DNA of 24,607 bases from an uncultured Legionella sp. GTDB lineage: Bacteria > Pseudomonadota > Gammaproteobacteria > Legionellales > Legionellaceae. The position numbers and the translations under genes were made by a program. Positions 1 to 7,258 of the stretch are shown here, piece by piece (the first letter of the stretch is position 1; every line of letters starts with the position of its first letter). The stretch lies in assembly GCA_964509745.1 (NCBI GenBank), contig CAZDYY010000001.1, positions 1 through 24,607 on the forward strand. Direction: 5' to 3'. Under the pieces are notes generated by a model, which saw only the letters and a list, made by a program, of their open reading frames with translations, was not told where the DNA came from and did no database searches.

Positions 1-186
1 CTCGTTGCCTGAACACGTGTTGCATATTTTGTCGCACCGATAGGTAATTCGTGGCCCACAGGTTCGACATCCATAATAGGGGGTTTTGTAATTATTTTGA
101 TAACCGCAGCGCGTTTCAACTGCAACGCAGCCGGTGAAAAAAGTGGTGCAGAATAATCCAGTGATCAGGATACGGGTAATCTTCAT
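1..186 (-). CDS. Small Cys-rich putative lipoprotein, 3' end outside the window
   Basis: Not in the ORF track. Manual translation from ATG at 186 gives MKITRILITGLFCTTFFTGC-VAVETRCGYQNNYKTPYYGCRTCGPRITYRCDKICNTCSGNE, open to base 1. GGGAG RBS upstream, lipobox-like FTGC, 22 bp after the pilZ stop. Confidence 0.7.
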   Translation of the reverse strand, partial: MKITRILITGLFCTTFFTGCVAVETRCGYQNNYKTPYYGCRTCGPRITYRCDKICNTCSGNE

Positions 187-208
187 GAACAATATTCTCC
201 CTGGCTGT

Positions 209-565
209 TTACTTCCTTTTTGTATCTTCAATAATACCATAACTATAGCCGCCAATTTCACTGGCAGGATCAAGCAGTGCCTCAATCTGGCTGCAAACTG
301 ATTTTGCATCGCTGCCGGTGAATTGAATACCAATACCCGATACAACATGATAGAGCGAAATGGCCGGGATAATCCAGACTACGCTTCCTTCAATATGCAA
401 AGCCTCATTTTTTCCCGGCAATTGCAGGTTGACTATCACTTTGTCTCCCAGTATGAATGATTGCGAGGTCGGAATAAACAAACCACCGTCCTTGATGAAT
501 GGCATATAGGACAGATTTAATTCGATGGGGTCGTTGATCACCAAATCAAGTGTATTGTCTGGCAT
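209..565 (-). CDS. pilZ: Type IV pilus assembly protein PilZ (PA2960-type)
   Basis: LSYMPFIKDGGLFIPT...GDKV...VVWI.P...GIGIQF signature. Start moved from 649 to ATG 565 (AGGA RBS, removes the overlap with pilE). Confidence 0.88.
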   Translation of the reverse strand: MPDNTLDLVINDPIELNLSYMPFIKDGGLFIPTSQSFILGDKVIVNLQLPGKNEALHIEGSVVWIIPAISLYHVVSGIGIQFTGSDAKSVCSQIEALLDPASEIGGYSYGIIEDTKRK

Positions 566-576
566 AATTTTGTTCC

Positions 577-984
577 TTACTGAGGCCAGCAGGCGCTCGG
601 TGCTTGTGTAATAACCCCGCTTGCTACGGTTAACGTCAAACTGCTGCATGATGTTCCATTGGCAGTATCACTGGCCTGCGTTCCTACCGCTGTGGCTGTA
701 ATGACATATCCTGTGGCGGACACATTGCTGATTCCAATGGTGTAATAGCCTGCCGGAGAAGACGTGACTCCAGCCCACACTTGAGCCAGCGTGCCATACT
801 GTGAATTATTGGTTCGGTACCTTTCTTCAGCCAGCATGATAGACATGATGGTACTAATCCCATCAATACGCCGTCCTCTTTTTACATGGCTGGTAAATAA
901 ATTTACTGCGATGACGGTAATAATGGATACAATGGCGAGAACAACCAGCAGTTCGATTAACGTCACTCCCCGTGTTCTTTTCAT
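577..984 (-). CDS. pilE: Type IV minor pilin, PilE-like
   Basis: Prepilin site MKRTRG|VTLIELLVVLAIV with E5, KRGRRIDG helix, C-terminal Cys pair (SCSSLTL...SACW). ATG 984 has a GAGG RBS overlapping the pilC stop. Confidence 0.85.
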   Translation of the reverse strand: MKRTRGVTLIELLVVLAIVSIITVIAVNLFTSHVKRGRRIDGISTIMSIMLAEERYRTNNSQYGTLAQVWAGVTSSPAGYYTIGISNVSATGYVITATAVGTQASDTANGTSCSSLTLTVASGVITQAPSACWPQ

Positions 985-991
985 ACATACC

Positions 992-2224
992 TCAAAAAAG
1001 AGAGCCGATTTTAAATATTGGCAGGTACATTGCAATCACAAATCCACCAACAATGACACCAAGAATTACCATAATCAGTGGTTCAAGTAAACTGCTTAAA
1101 TTATCAACGACAGTATTGACTTCTTCTTCATAGTAATCTGCTACCTTGTTTAACATTTCTGTCAGTTTACCAGATGCCTCACCCACGCCAATCATTTGAA
1201 TTGCCATATTGGGGAACAGTTTTGTGGTCGCCATGGAGACCGACAACCCTTGCCCATTGATCAGATCATCATGAATTTTCATGACCGCATCACTGTAAAT
1301 TTTATTTCCCATGATTTGAGCCATGGCTTTCATGGATTCAACAATGGGCATGCCTGCCTCAAATGTTGTCGCAAGGGTACGGCTAAAGCGTGCAATAATC
1401 CCTTTACGAAGAATGGGTCCAATAATCACAATTTTCAAAGTCCAGCGCTCGATGGTCTGGTGTAGCTCGGGATATTTTTGTAACGCATATCTAAAACCGA
1501 AGAACGTCCCGGCCATGATCATGATCAGCAGCCACCAGTCGTTGCTGATAAAATTGGACGCATGAACAACCATTCGTGTGAAGAAGGGCAGCTCTGCACC
1601 AAATGACGAAAACAGGGTTTGAAATTGCGGGACAACAAATACCAGCAATATCAGGCTGACGAGCAGGGCAATACTGAGAATGGCAATCGGGTATACCAGT
1701 GCCTTTTTTAGTTTTCTTCGCAGCGTTTCACTTCTCTCAAGGTGTTTTTCCAGCCGGCTCAGGGTTTTGTCCATCGTACCTGACCGTTCACCTGTTTTGA
1801 TCAGGTTACAGTACAAGTCGCCAAACAGTTTTGGATATTGAGCAAAGGATTCGGCCAGCGTTTTACCCTCGGCGGTGTTGTTTTTGATGGTGACAATCAG
1901 CGATTGCATGGCAGGATTTTCCTGATCATGAGCCATAATTTCCAGCGCCTGAATGATAGGTAACCCTGCACTTAGCAGGGTTGATAAGTAGCGGGTGAAA
2001 ATAATAATATCTTCCTGTTTGACTTTTTTCTTTTTGGAAAGAAAACTTAATCCAGGCAGATTAATGCCTTTTTTTTCTTCCAGGGAAATAATTTCAATGC
2101 TCATCTTTTTCAGCTCGAGCTGGGCATTTTTCATGTCGACAGACTGAATGGTACCGCTGACGCGATTTCCCTGTTTGTTCAGACCAACCCACTTGTAGTT
2201 GTTCTTTGTCGTTTCAGCCATCAT
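992..2224 (-). CDS. pilC: Type IV pilus inner-membrane platform protein PilC (T2SSF family)
   Basis: Two T2SSF repeats (FTRYLSTLLSAGLPI; FSRTLATTFEAGMPI), GERSG/GEASG motifs, C-terminal EPLIMVILGVIVGGFVIAMYLPIF. Confidence 0.95.
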   Translation of the reverse strand: MMAETTKNNYKWVGLNKQGNRVSGTIQSVDMKNAQLELKKMSIEIISLEEKKGINLPGLSFLSKKKKVKQEDIIIFTRYLSTLLSAGLPIIQALEIMAHDQENPAMQSLIVTIKNNTAEGKTLAESFAQYPKLFGDLYCNLIKTGERSGTMDKTLSRLEKHLERSETLRRKLKKALVYPIAILSIALLVSLILLVFVVPQFQTLFSSFGAELPFFTRMVVHASNFISNDWWLLIMIMAGTFFGFRYALQKYPELHQTIERWTLKIVIIGPILRKGIIARFSRTLATTFEAGMPIVESMKAMAQIMGNKIYSDAVMKIHDDLINGQGLSVSMATTKLFPNMAIQMIGVGEASGKLTEMLNKVADYYEEEVNTVVDNLSSLLEPLIMVILGVIVGGFVIAMYLPIFKIGSLF

Positions 2225-2232
2225 CTAATCCA

Positions 2233-3939
2233 TCATTTAAATACGCGATTTAATTCAGTTAAACTGGTGATGCCCTTTAATACAGCTTGCAGTCCTGATT
2301 CGCGTAAACCCATAATCCCTTCCTGTCTGGCAAGGTTGGTAATTTCAATGGCGTTTCCTCCATCCATAATCAATTGCGCCATTTCCTTGCTGACGGGCAT
2401 GACCTCAAAAATCCCGAATCGCCCAATAAATCCATGTGCACAACGGGGGCAACCATTGGCCTTGTATAATTGATGTTTGCGAATCTCTTCAATGGTAAAA
2501 CCCTCTTTTATTAATATTTCATCAGGCAAATCATCTTTCTGTTTGCAAGCATCACACAGGGTACGTACCAGACGTTGAGCAACCACAATGGCAAGTGAAC
2601 TGGCAATGTTGTAAGCCGCAACGCCCATATTCATTAAACGCGTTATCGCTTCCGGTGCGCTGTTTGTATGCAGGGTGGATAGAACAAGATGGCCTGTCTG
2701 AGCCGCTTTGGCCGCAATTTCTGCCGTTTCCAGGTCTCTGATTTCCCCCACCATGATGATGTCGGGATCCTGACGTAAAAATGAGCGCAAGGCGGATGAA
2801 AACGTAAAATCGGTTTGTAAATTCACCTGAACCTGATTGATGCCAAGGATTGGGATTTCAACCGGATCTTCAACAGTGGATATATTTTTTTCAGGTGAGT
2901 TTAGATAATGTAATGCAGAATAAAGCGTTACAGATTTACCGCTACCGGTAGGGCCCGTGACCAGGATTAAACCCTGGGATCGATTCAGGGCATTGGTAAA
3001 ATGTTCCATTCGGATGCTATCCATCCCGATATGATCCAGGCCTTGCGTAACTTGCGAAGCATCCAGTATTCGCAACACAATTTTTTCTCCGAAAATGGTT
3101 GGGCAGATACTCACCCGGAAATCAACTGATTTTTTTCTGGAAATAATTAATTTGAATCGACCATCCTGTGGAACCCGGTGTTCGGTAATATCCAGATTGG
3201 ACATGACTTTTATCCGGGCCAGAATATAATTGGCCAGCTGGATAGACGGGGTGAGGACCGGGTTAAGAACGCCGTGCAATCGAAACCGGATTCGATAGCT
3301 GCTTTCATAGTGTTCAAAATGGATGTCAGATGCCTTTTTTTGTATGGCATCCAGCAAAACCCGGTTGACAAAATTCACAATCGGGGCACTTTCTACTTCA
3401 GTGATGCCCACTTCAACCTGTTCTTCTTCCGCCGCCTGGATTTCAATATTTTTCAGTGACTCATCGCTTGCCTCACCAATCTCGGATAAAACCAGCGTAT
3501 TCAGCAGTTTGTCGATGACGGTTTCCAGCTGACTGATCTCAACAATGATGAGCCGTGCATCAAAACCGGTTAAAAAACGGATTTCATTCAGGCGCTCAAT
3601 TGTCGGGTCAAATACGGCGATATATAGAAGATTGCTTTTTTTAATCAGCGGTAGAGCGAGGCGTTTTTTTACCAGCTGGAAATTCAGGAATTCCGAAGGC
3701 ACAAGCTCTGCATCAAATGCGGTGATATCGCACAAGGGTAAACCAAAATATTCCGAGGTTGCCATGGCAACCTGTTTTTCATCCAGTAAATTTTGTTTAA
3801 CAAGGTATTCAATGTAGGACTGGTTGCTTTTATTTGTTTGTTGCAGCGCATCCAGTGCGATTTGCTGGTCAAGAAATTGATGTTCTGCTAGATAATACGC
3901 ATAACCACTGAGTATTTTGTTTGGGGCAGATTCTTCCAT
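2233..3939 (-). CDS. pilB: Type IV pilus extension ATPase PilB
   Basis: Walker A GPTGSGKS, Asp box TVEDPVE, Walker B LRQDPDIIMVGEIRD, His box TGHLVLSTLHTN, tetra-Cys CDAC...CPRC, N-terminal N1 domain, 568 aa. Confidence 0.95.
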   Translation of the reverse strand: MEESAPNKILSGYAYYLAEHQFLDQQIALDALQQTNKSNQSYIEYLVKQNLLDEKQVAMATSEYFGLPLCDITAFDAELVPSEFLNFQLVKKRLALPLIKKSNLLYIAVFDPTIERLNEIRFLTGFDARLIIVEISQLETVIDKLLNTLVLSEIGEASDESLKNIEIQAAEEEQVEVGITEVESAPIVNFVNRVLLDAIQKKASDIHFEHYESSYRIRFRLHGVLNPVLTPSIQLANYILARIKVMSNLDITEHRVPQDGRFKLIISRKKSVDFRVSICPTIFGEKIVLRILDASQVTQGLDHIGMDSIRMEHFTNALNRSQGLILVTGPTGSGKSVTLYSALHYLNSPEKNISTVEDPVEIPILGINQVQVNLQTDFTFSSALRSFLRQDPDIIMVGEIRDLETAEIAAKAAQTGHLVLSTLHTNSAPEAITRLMNMGVAAYNIASSLAIVVAQRLVRTLCDACKQKDDLPDEILIKEGFTIEEIRKHQLYKANGCPRCAHGFIGRFGIFEVMPVSKEMAQLIMDGGNAIEITNLARQEGIMGLRESGLQAVLKGITSLTELNRVFK

Positions 3940-3966
3940 TATTGACCACCTCGATGACTCTGGCTT

Positions 3967-4001
3967 ATCTGTTATCCCTTGCTACAATCGGGATAACAGA
4001 T
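3967..4001. repeat. Perfect 12-bp inverted repeat (stem-loop) upstream of pilB
   Basis: ATCTGTTATCCC (3967-3978) / GGGATAACAGAT (3990-4001) with an 11-nt loop. No U-tract follows on the coding (-) strand. Confidence 0.75.
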
Positions 4002-4051
4002 CAGTCGTTAAGTGCGATCTTATAATCTGTAAATTAAATACAACACTCCTC

Positions 4052-4079
4052 TGGTGGGCTGATCATGCATTGCCCACCA
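4052..4079 (-). terminator. GC-rich hairpin downstream of pilA, possible weak terminator or mRNA-stabilising stem
   Basis: TGGTGGGC (4052-4059) / GCCCACCA (4072-4079), 25 nt past the pilA stop. Only an interrupted T-rich stretch follows. Confidence 0.4.
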
Positions 4080-4104
4080 TACAGGCTGTGCGTTTCTTCA
4101 GGGG

Positions 4105-4530
4105 TTATTTAGCATAACCGTTGGTCACGCCACCACCTGATGAAACCCAGGTTAATTGCCCGCTTGCATTCAGCGTTGGGGTCAGGACATAAGTGTCCGT
4201 TGCCAAAATACCGTGTGCAGCTACTGGAGTAACCGTGATCACACCATTTGCCACGGCAAGCGATGTAATCGCGCCAACGGCTGTTGAAATGGCAGCTGGT
4301 ATATTATTCGAGCCAGCATTACACCCGGTTAAAGTGCCAAGCGTTTGCGCGCATTCGGCAACCCCTACACTGTAAGGAGCTGTTGCAGATACGACCTCAC
4401 TATAATACGCACGGCGAGCATAGTTTTGGTAAGAGGGAATAGCAACTGCGGCCAGAATACCAATGATCGCAATTGTTATCATCAACTCAATCAAGGTAAA
4501 ACCTTGCTGTGAAGACTTGTAGCTTTTCAT
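4105..4530 (-). CDS. pilA: Type IVa major pilin PilA
   Basis: QQG|[27 protein letters not shown], strong GGAGG RBS, first gene of the pilA-B-C arm. Confidence 0.92.
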   Translation of the reverse strand: MKSYKSSQQGFTLIELMITIAIIGILAAVAIPSYQNYARRAYYSEVVSATAPYSVGVAECAQTLGTLTGCNAGSNNIPAAISTAVGAITSLAVANGVITVTPVAAHGILATDTYVLTPTLNASGQLTWVSSGGGVTNGYAK

Positions 4531-4609
4531 TTTGACACCTCCAATACTGCTTGTTGTGAATAGGTTTGTGATTCTGGTGGAAGCACATATTTTCCTGTAC
4601 TACAATATA

Positions 4610-4618
4610 ACTATAGCA
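4610..4618 (-). promoter_or_regulatory. Putative extended -10 promoter of pilA (TGcTATAGT)
   Basis: TG-N-TATAGT on the minus strand about 80 nt upstream of the pilA ATG, in the AT-rich divergent intergenic region. No convincing -35. Confidence 0.45.
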
Positions 4619-4737
4619 CCGTTTTTAAATAAGGGAATTCTTTTGTACAATTTATCTGTGTACATGACTATTTTTATAGTTGTCCCCGCGGGAAAGACTA
4701 AATTAATTTTTTGATATGTCTAACATGGAGTCTGGAC

Positions 4738-5949
4738 ATGACGACCCCGAAAACCCTGAATCGGGACATTACCATCCTGATTGTTGAAAGCAGCCAGACT
4801 CAAAGAGCCACGCTGGAGTACTTGCTTCAAACGCAAGGTTATCAGGTTATCATTGCGGACAATGGCAAGGACGCGATCACCCTGGCAAGGCAACATACAC
4901 CTCATCTGGTGATAAGCGATGCCGTGATGCCGGAAATGGATGGTTTCTCCCTGTGCAGATCCTTCAGGGAAGAAGCTACATTAAGTGATATCCCCTTTCT
5001 GCTGATGATTTCTCTGGACACTATCGAAGAGATCATTCGGGGCCTTGAATCCGGAGCCGATAATTTTATCTATAAGCCTTACAATTCCACTTCACTTGTC
5101 GATCGGATTGATACGATTTTTTTAAACCGGCAAATGCGCCGGAAAGTGGATAAACAGGAAGAAATTCAGATTATCCACAACGGGAAAAAATATTTGCTGA
5201 ATGTGGAGCCGGAACAAATTCTGGATTTCCTGGTGTCGTTTGTCAAAGACAGCATGGACATGAACAAGCGGCTAAAGGAACGTGAATCTGAATTGCAAAA
5301 AGTAAGAAAGGCGGCGGATTTGGCCAGTTTTGAAAAAAGTAATTTTCTCGCCAGTTTGAGTCACGAAATCAGAACCCTTATGACCAATATCCTTGGCTTG
5401 CTGGAGTTGCTGAATATGAGCAAGCTGGATGTTGATCAGCATAGCACACTGATGACAGCCTATGATTCGGCAAAATTACTCCTGAGAATTATTCATGATA
5501 TGCTGGATTATCCCAAAATTGAGTCCAAAACCCGGGAGGCAGCTTTTGATGTTGATTCGGACAGGGAATTGTGCGGGTTCCGGGGGCCTGTTCCGGTTTC
5601 CGACCCGGTTGACAGGCGTTTCCTGGTCGAGCTGGTGGGGGATGATACGGCGGCTCAATGGGAGATTCTTGTGGATTTTCAACATTCGAATGCAGAGGAT
5701 AGCGCGCTGCTGGTTGATGCGGTTCGAAATAATAATTTGACTGAGGCGATGAACATGGCTCACCGCATCAAAAGTGCCTGCATGCTGGTCGGAGCAGAAA
5801 CCCTTGGCATGATCTGTCAACAAATCGAGGCAGCGGGTGAACGGGAGGATGAGGAGGCCGTCAGGCTGTTTGCCGACAGATTCCAGCAGGAAGTGGAGCG
5901 TTTGAACGTCTGGTTTGATACTCATCAGGATGAAAAGGATGGACATTAA
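4738..5949 (+). CDS. Atypical phosphorelay protein: degenerate REC + coiled linker + HisKA (DHp) + Hpt, no HATPase domain
   Basis: ATG 4738 with GGAG RBS. REC (LIVESS, VISD61AVMP, YK113P), H-box FLASLSH209EIRT..IIHDMLDYPKIES, then about 40 aa linker, then Hpt AH342RIKSAC. No N/G1/F/G2 boxes. Confidence 0.85.
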   Translation: MTTPKTLNRDITILIVESSQTQRATLEYLLQTQGYQVIIADNGKDAITLARQHTPHLVISDAVMPEMDGFSLCRSFREEATLSDIPFLLMISLDTIEEIIRGLESGADNFIYKPYNSTSLVDRIDTIFLNRQMRRKVDKQEEIQIIHNGKKYLLNVEPEQILDFLVSFVKDSMDMNKRLKERESELQKVRKAADLASFEKSNFLASLSHEIRTLMTNILGLLELLNMSKLDVDQHSTLMTAYDSAKLLLRIIHDMLDYPKIESKTREAAFDVDSDRELCGFRGPVPVSDPVDRRFLVELVGDDTAAQWEILVDFQHSNAEDSALLVDAVRNNNLTEAMNMAHRIKSACMLVGAETLGMICQQIEAAGEREDEEAVRLFADRFQQEVERLNVWFDTHQDEKDGH

Positions 5950-7156
5950 GGATTTAAATGTTTTAGTGGTAGAGGATGATGATTTTCAGCGTCGTGTCCT
6001 TGTTCGGGTATTGAAGGTTATGGGGCTGGACCGTATTGCCGAGGCGAAGAATGGACAGGGTGCACTGGATATTATTCAAAACAGAAAAGCACCGTTTGAT
6101 ATCTTGTTGTGTGATCTGAGAATGCCGGGTATGGACGGCATGGAACTTATTCGTCATCTGGGTGAAAAACAGTCTAAAACAGCAGTCATCATTGTGAGCG
6201 GGCTGGAGAATGTGCTGCTCTCATCTATTGAAATCATGGCACAGGATTATGGTGCAAACATGCTGGGCCGGATTGAAAAGCCCGCTTCGATCAAAAAGCT
6301 TGAAATCCTGTTTAATAAATATCTGTCAATACAGACGAGTCTCAAGCAGGAAAAGAATACACCGGTTAGTCAGGAGTTTACCCAGCCCGAACTGGTTAAT
6401 GGCTTGACAAATGATGAGTTTGAGCCTTTTTTTCAGCCCAAGGTTAACATGGTGTCCGGAAACATTACCGGTGCCGAGGCGCTGGCGCGGTGGCGACATC
6501 CGCAGAAGGGCATGATTGCTCCGGACCTGTTTATTGCACAGATGGAAAACAGCAGCCTGATCGATGCGCTGACACTGCTGATGATAAAAAAAGCTACCCA
6601 TCACAGCAAGATCTGGAGGGAAAAGGGGTTGAATATCACCGTATCGGTCAATTTATCCATCAAGTCCCTGATGAATCCAGGGTTTGCCGACAGCATTATC
6701 GAGCTGGTGGCCAGTCAGAAATCTGATCCCCGCCACATGGTCCTGGAAATCACTGAATCTGCCATTACATCGCATGTGGGCCGTGTACTGGAAAATCTGG
6801 CACGCCTGAGAATTCACGGTTTTGGTTTGTCAATTGATGATTATGGTACGGGGTATTCTTCCCTGCAGCAATTGATGCGCATTGCCTATAGCGAGTTAAA
6901 AATTGACAAGTCTTTTATCACCCATGCATCAACACAGGATTCAGCACGGGTGATTGTGGCATCGTCACTGGAAATGGCGAGGAAACTGGCCATGACATCT
7001 GTGGCGGAGGGGGTTGAATATCAATCGGACTGGGATTTTCTGGCTACACTGGGGTGTGATGTCGCCCAGGGATACCTGATTTCCAAACCGCTGCCCGCAG
7101 ATGAATTTTATGACTGGGCTACAGAATGGTCGCGAGCTGGATTTTCCCGAAAATGA
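5939..7156 (+). CDS. REC-EAL response regulator, c-di-GMP phosphodiesterase (RocR-like architecture)
   Basis: Intact REC (VEDDD, CDLRMP, VSG, EKP). EAL motifs FQPKV, AEALARW, SVNLS, LEITES, IDDYGTGYSSL, LKIDKSF, VAEGVE, AQGY. Likely start ATG 5939, overlapping the upstream gene by 11 nt. Confidence 0.93.
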   Translation: MDIKDLNVLVVEDDDFQRRVLVRVLKVMGLDRIAEAKNGQGALDIIQNRKAPFDILLCDLRMPGMDGMELIRHLGEKQSKTAVIIVSGLENVLLSSIEIMAQDYGANMLGRIEKPASIKKLEILFNKYLSIQTSLKQEKNTPVSQEFTQPELVNGLTNDEFEPFFQPKVNMVSGNITGAEALARWRHPQKGMIAPDLFIAQMENSSLIDALTLLMIKKATHHSKIWREKGLNITVSVNLSIKSLMNPGFADSIIELVASQKSDPRHMVLEITESAITSHVGRVLENLARLRIHGFGLSIDDYGTGYSSLQQLMRIAYSELKIDKSFITHASTQDSARVIVASSLEMARKLAMTSVAEGVEYQSDWDFLATLGCDVAQGYLISKPLPADEFYDWATEWSRAGFSRK

Positions 7157-7214
7157 GGGGTGTTCACCGATGGTCGTGGATACTGCCGCAAACCGTTACG
7201 TTTTGTGAAAAATA

Positions 7215-7223
7215 TGCTATTGT
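7215..7223 (+). promoter_or_regulatory. Putative extended -10 promoter of pilM (TGcTATTGT)
   Basis: TG-N-TATTGT about 36 nt before the pilM ATG 7259. Near-identical to the pilA upstream motif. Confidence 0.4.
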
Positions 7224-7258
7224 AATTTTCTGTCCTGATAATGGGGGGTCCACTATAC

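Noticed and set aside
566-649. Longer ORF-track starts for pilZ (649), pilE (1035), pilX (13837), fmdB (16025), yihY (22653) and the 20701 gene
   Set aside because: They overlap neighbours or lack an RBS. Downstream ATGs have RBSs and give family-typical N-termini.
2069-2076. T8 tract near the 5' end of pilC as a phase-variation switch
   Set aside because: Short A/T runs are common in this Lys-rich, AT-rich coding DNA, and the frame is intact.
3760-3939. MshEN c-di-GMP-binding motif at the PilB N-terminus
   Set aside because: The helical pattern is present but the RLGxxL...GL consensus is absent (ILSGYAYYLAEHQFL), as in non-binding Pseudomonas-type PilB.
4531-4737. Sigma54 promoter or CRP/CRP-S site upstream of pilA
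   Set aside because: No TGGCAC-N5-TTGC and no TG(T/C)GA-N6-TC(A/G)CA match found by eye on either strand.
5520-5650. A frameshifted or hidden HATPase domain in another frame
   Set aside because: The HisKA-to-Hpt interval is only about 120 nt, the frame is continuous, and no N/G1/G2 boxes appear in the overlapping ORFs.
5476-5946. 156-aa antisense ORF over the Hpt region
   Set aside because: Shadow of a well-supported gene; no motif recognised.
7157-7258. Intrinsic terminator after the REC-EAL gene
   Set aside because: Only 3-4 bp stems; no stable hairpin followed by a U-tract.
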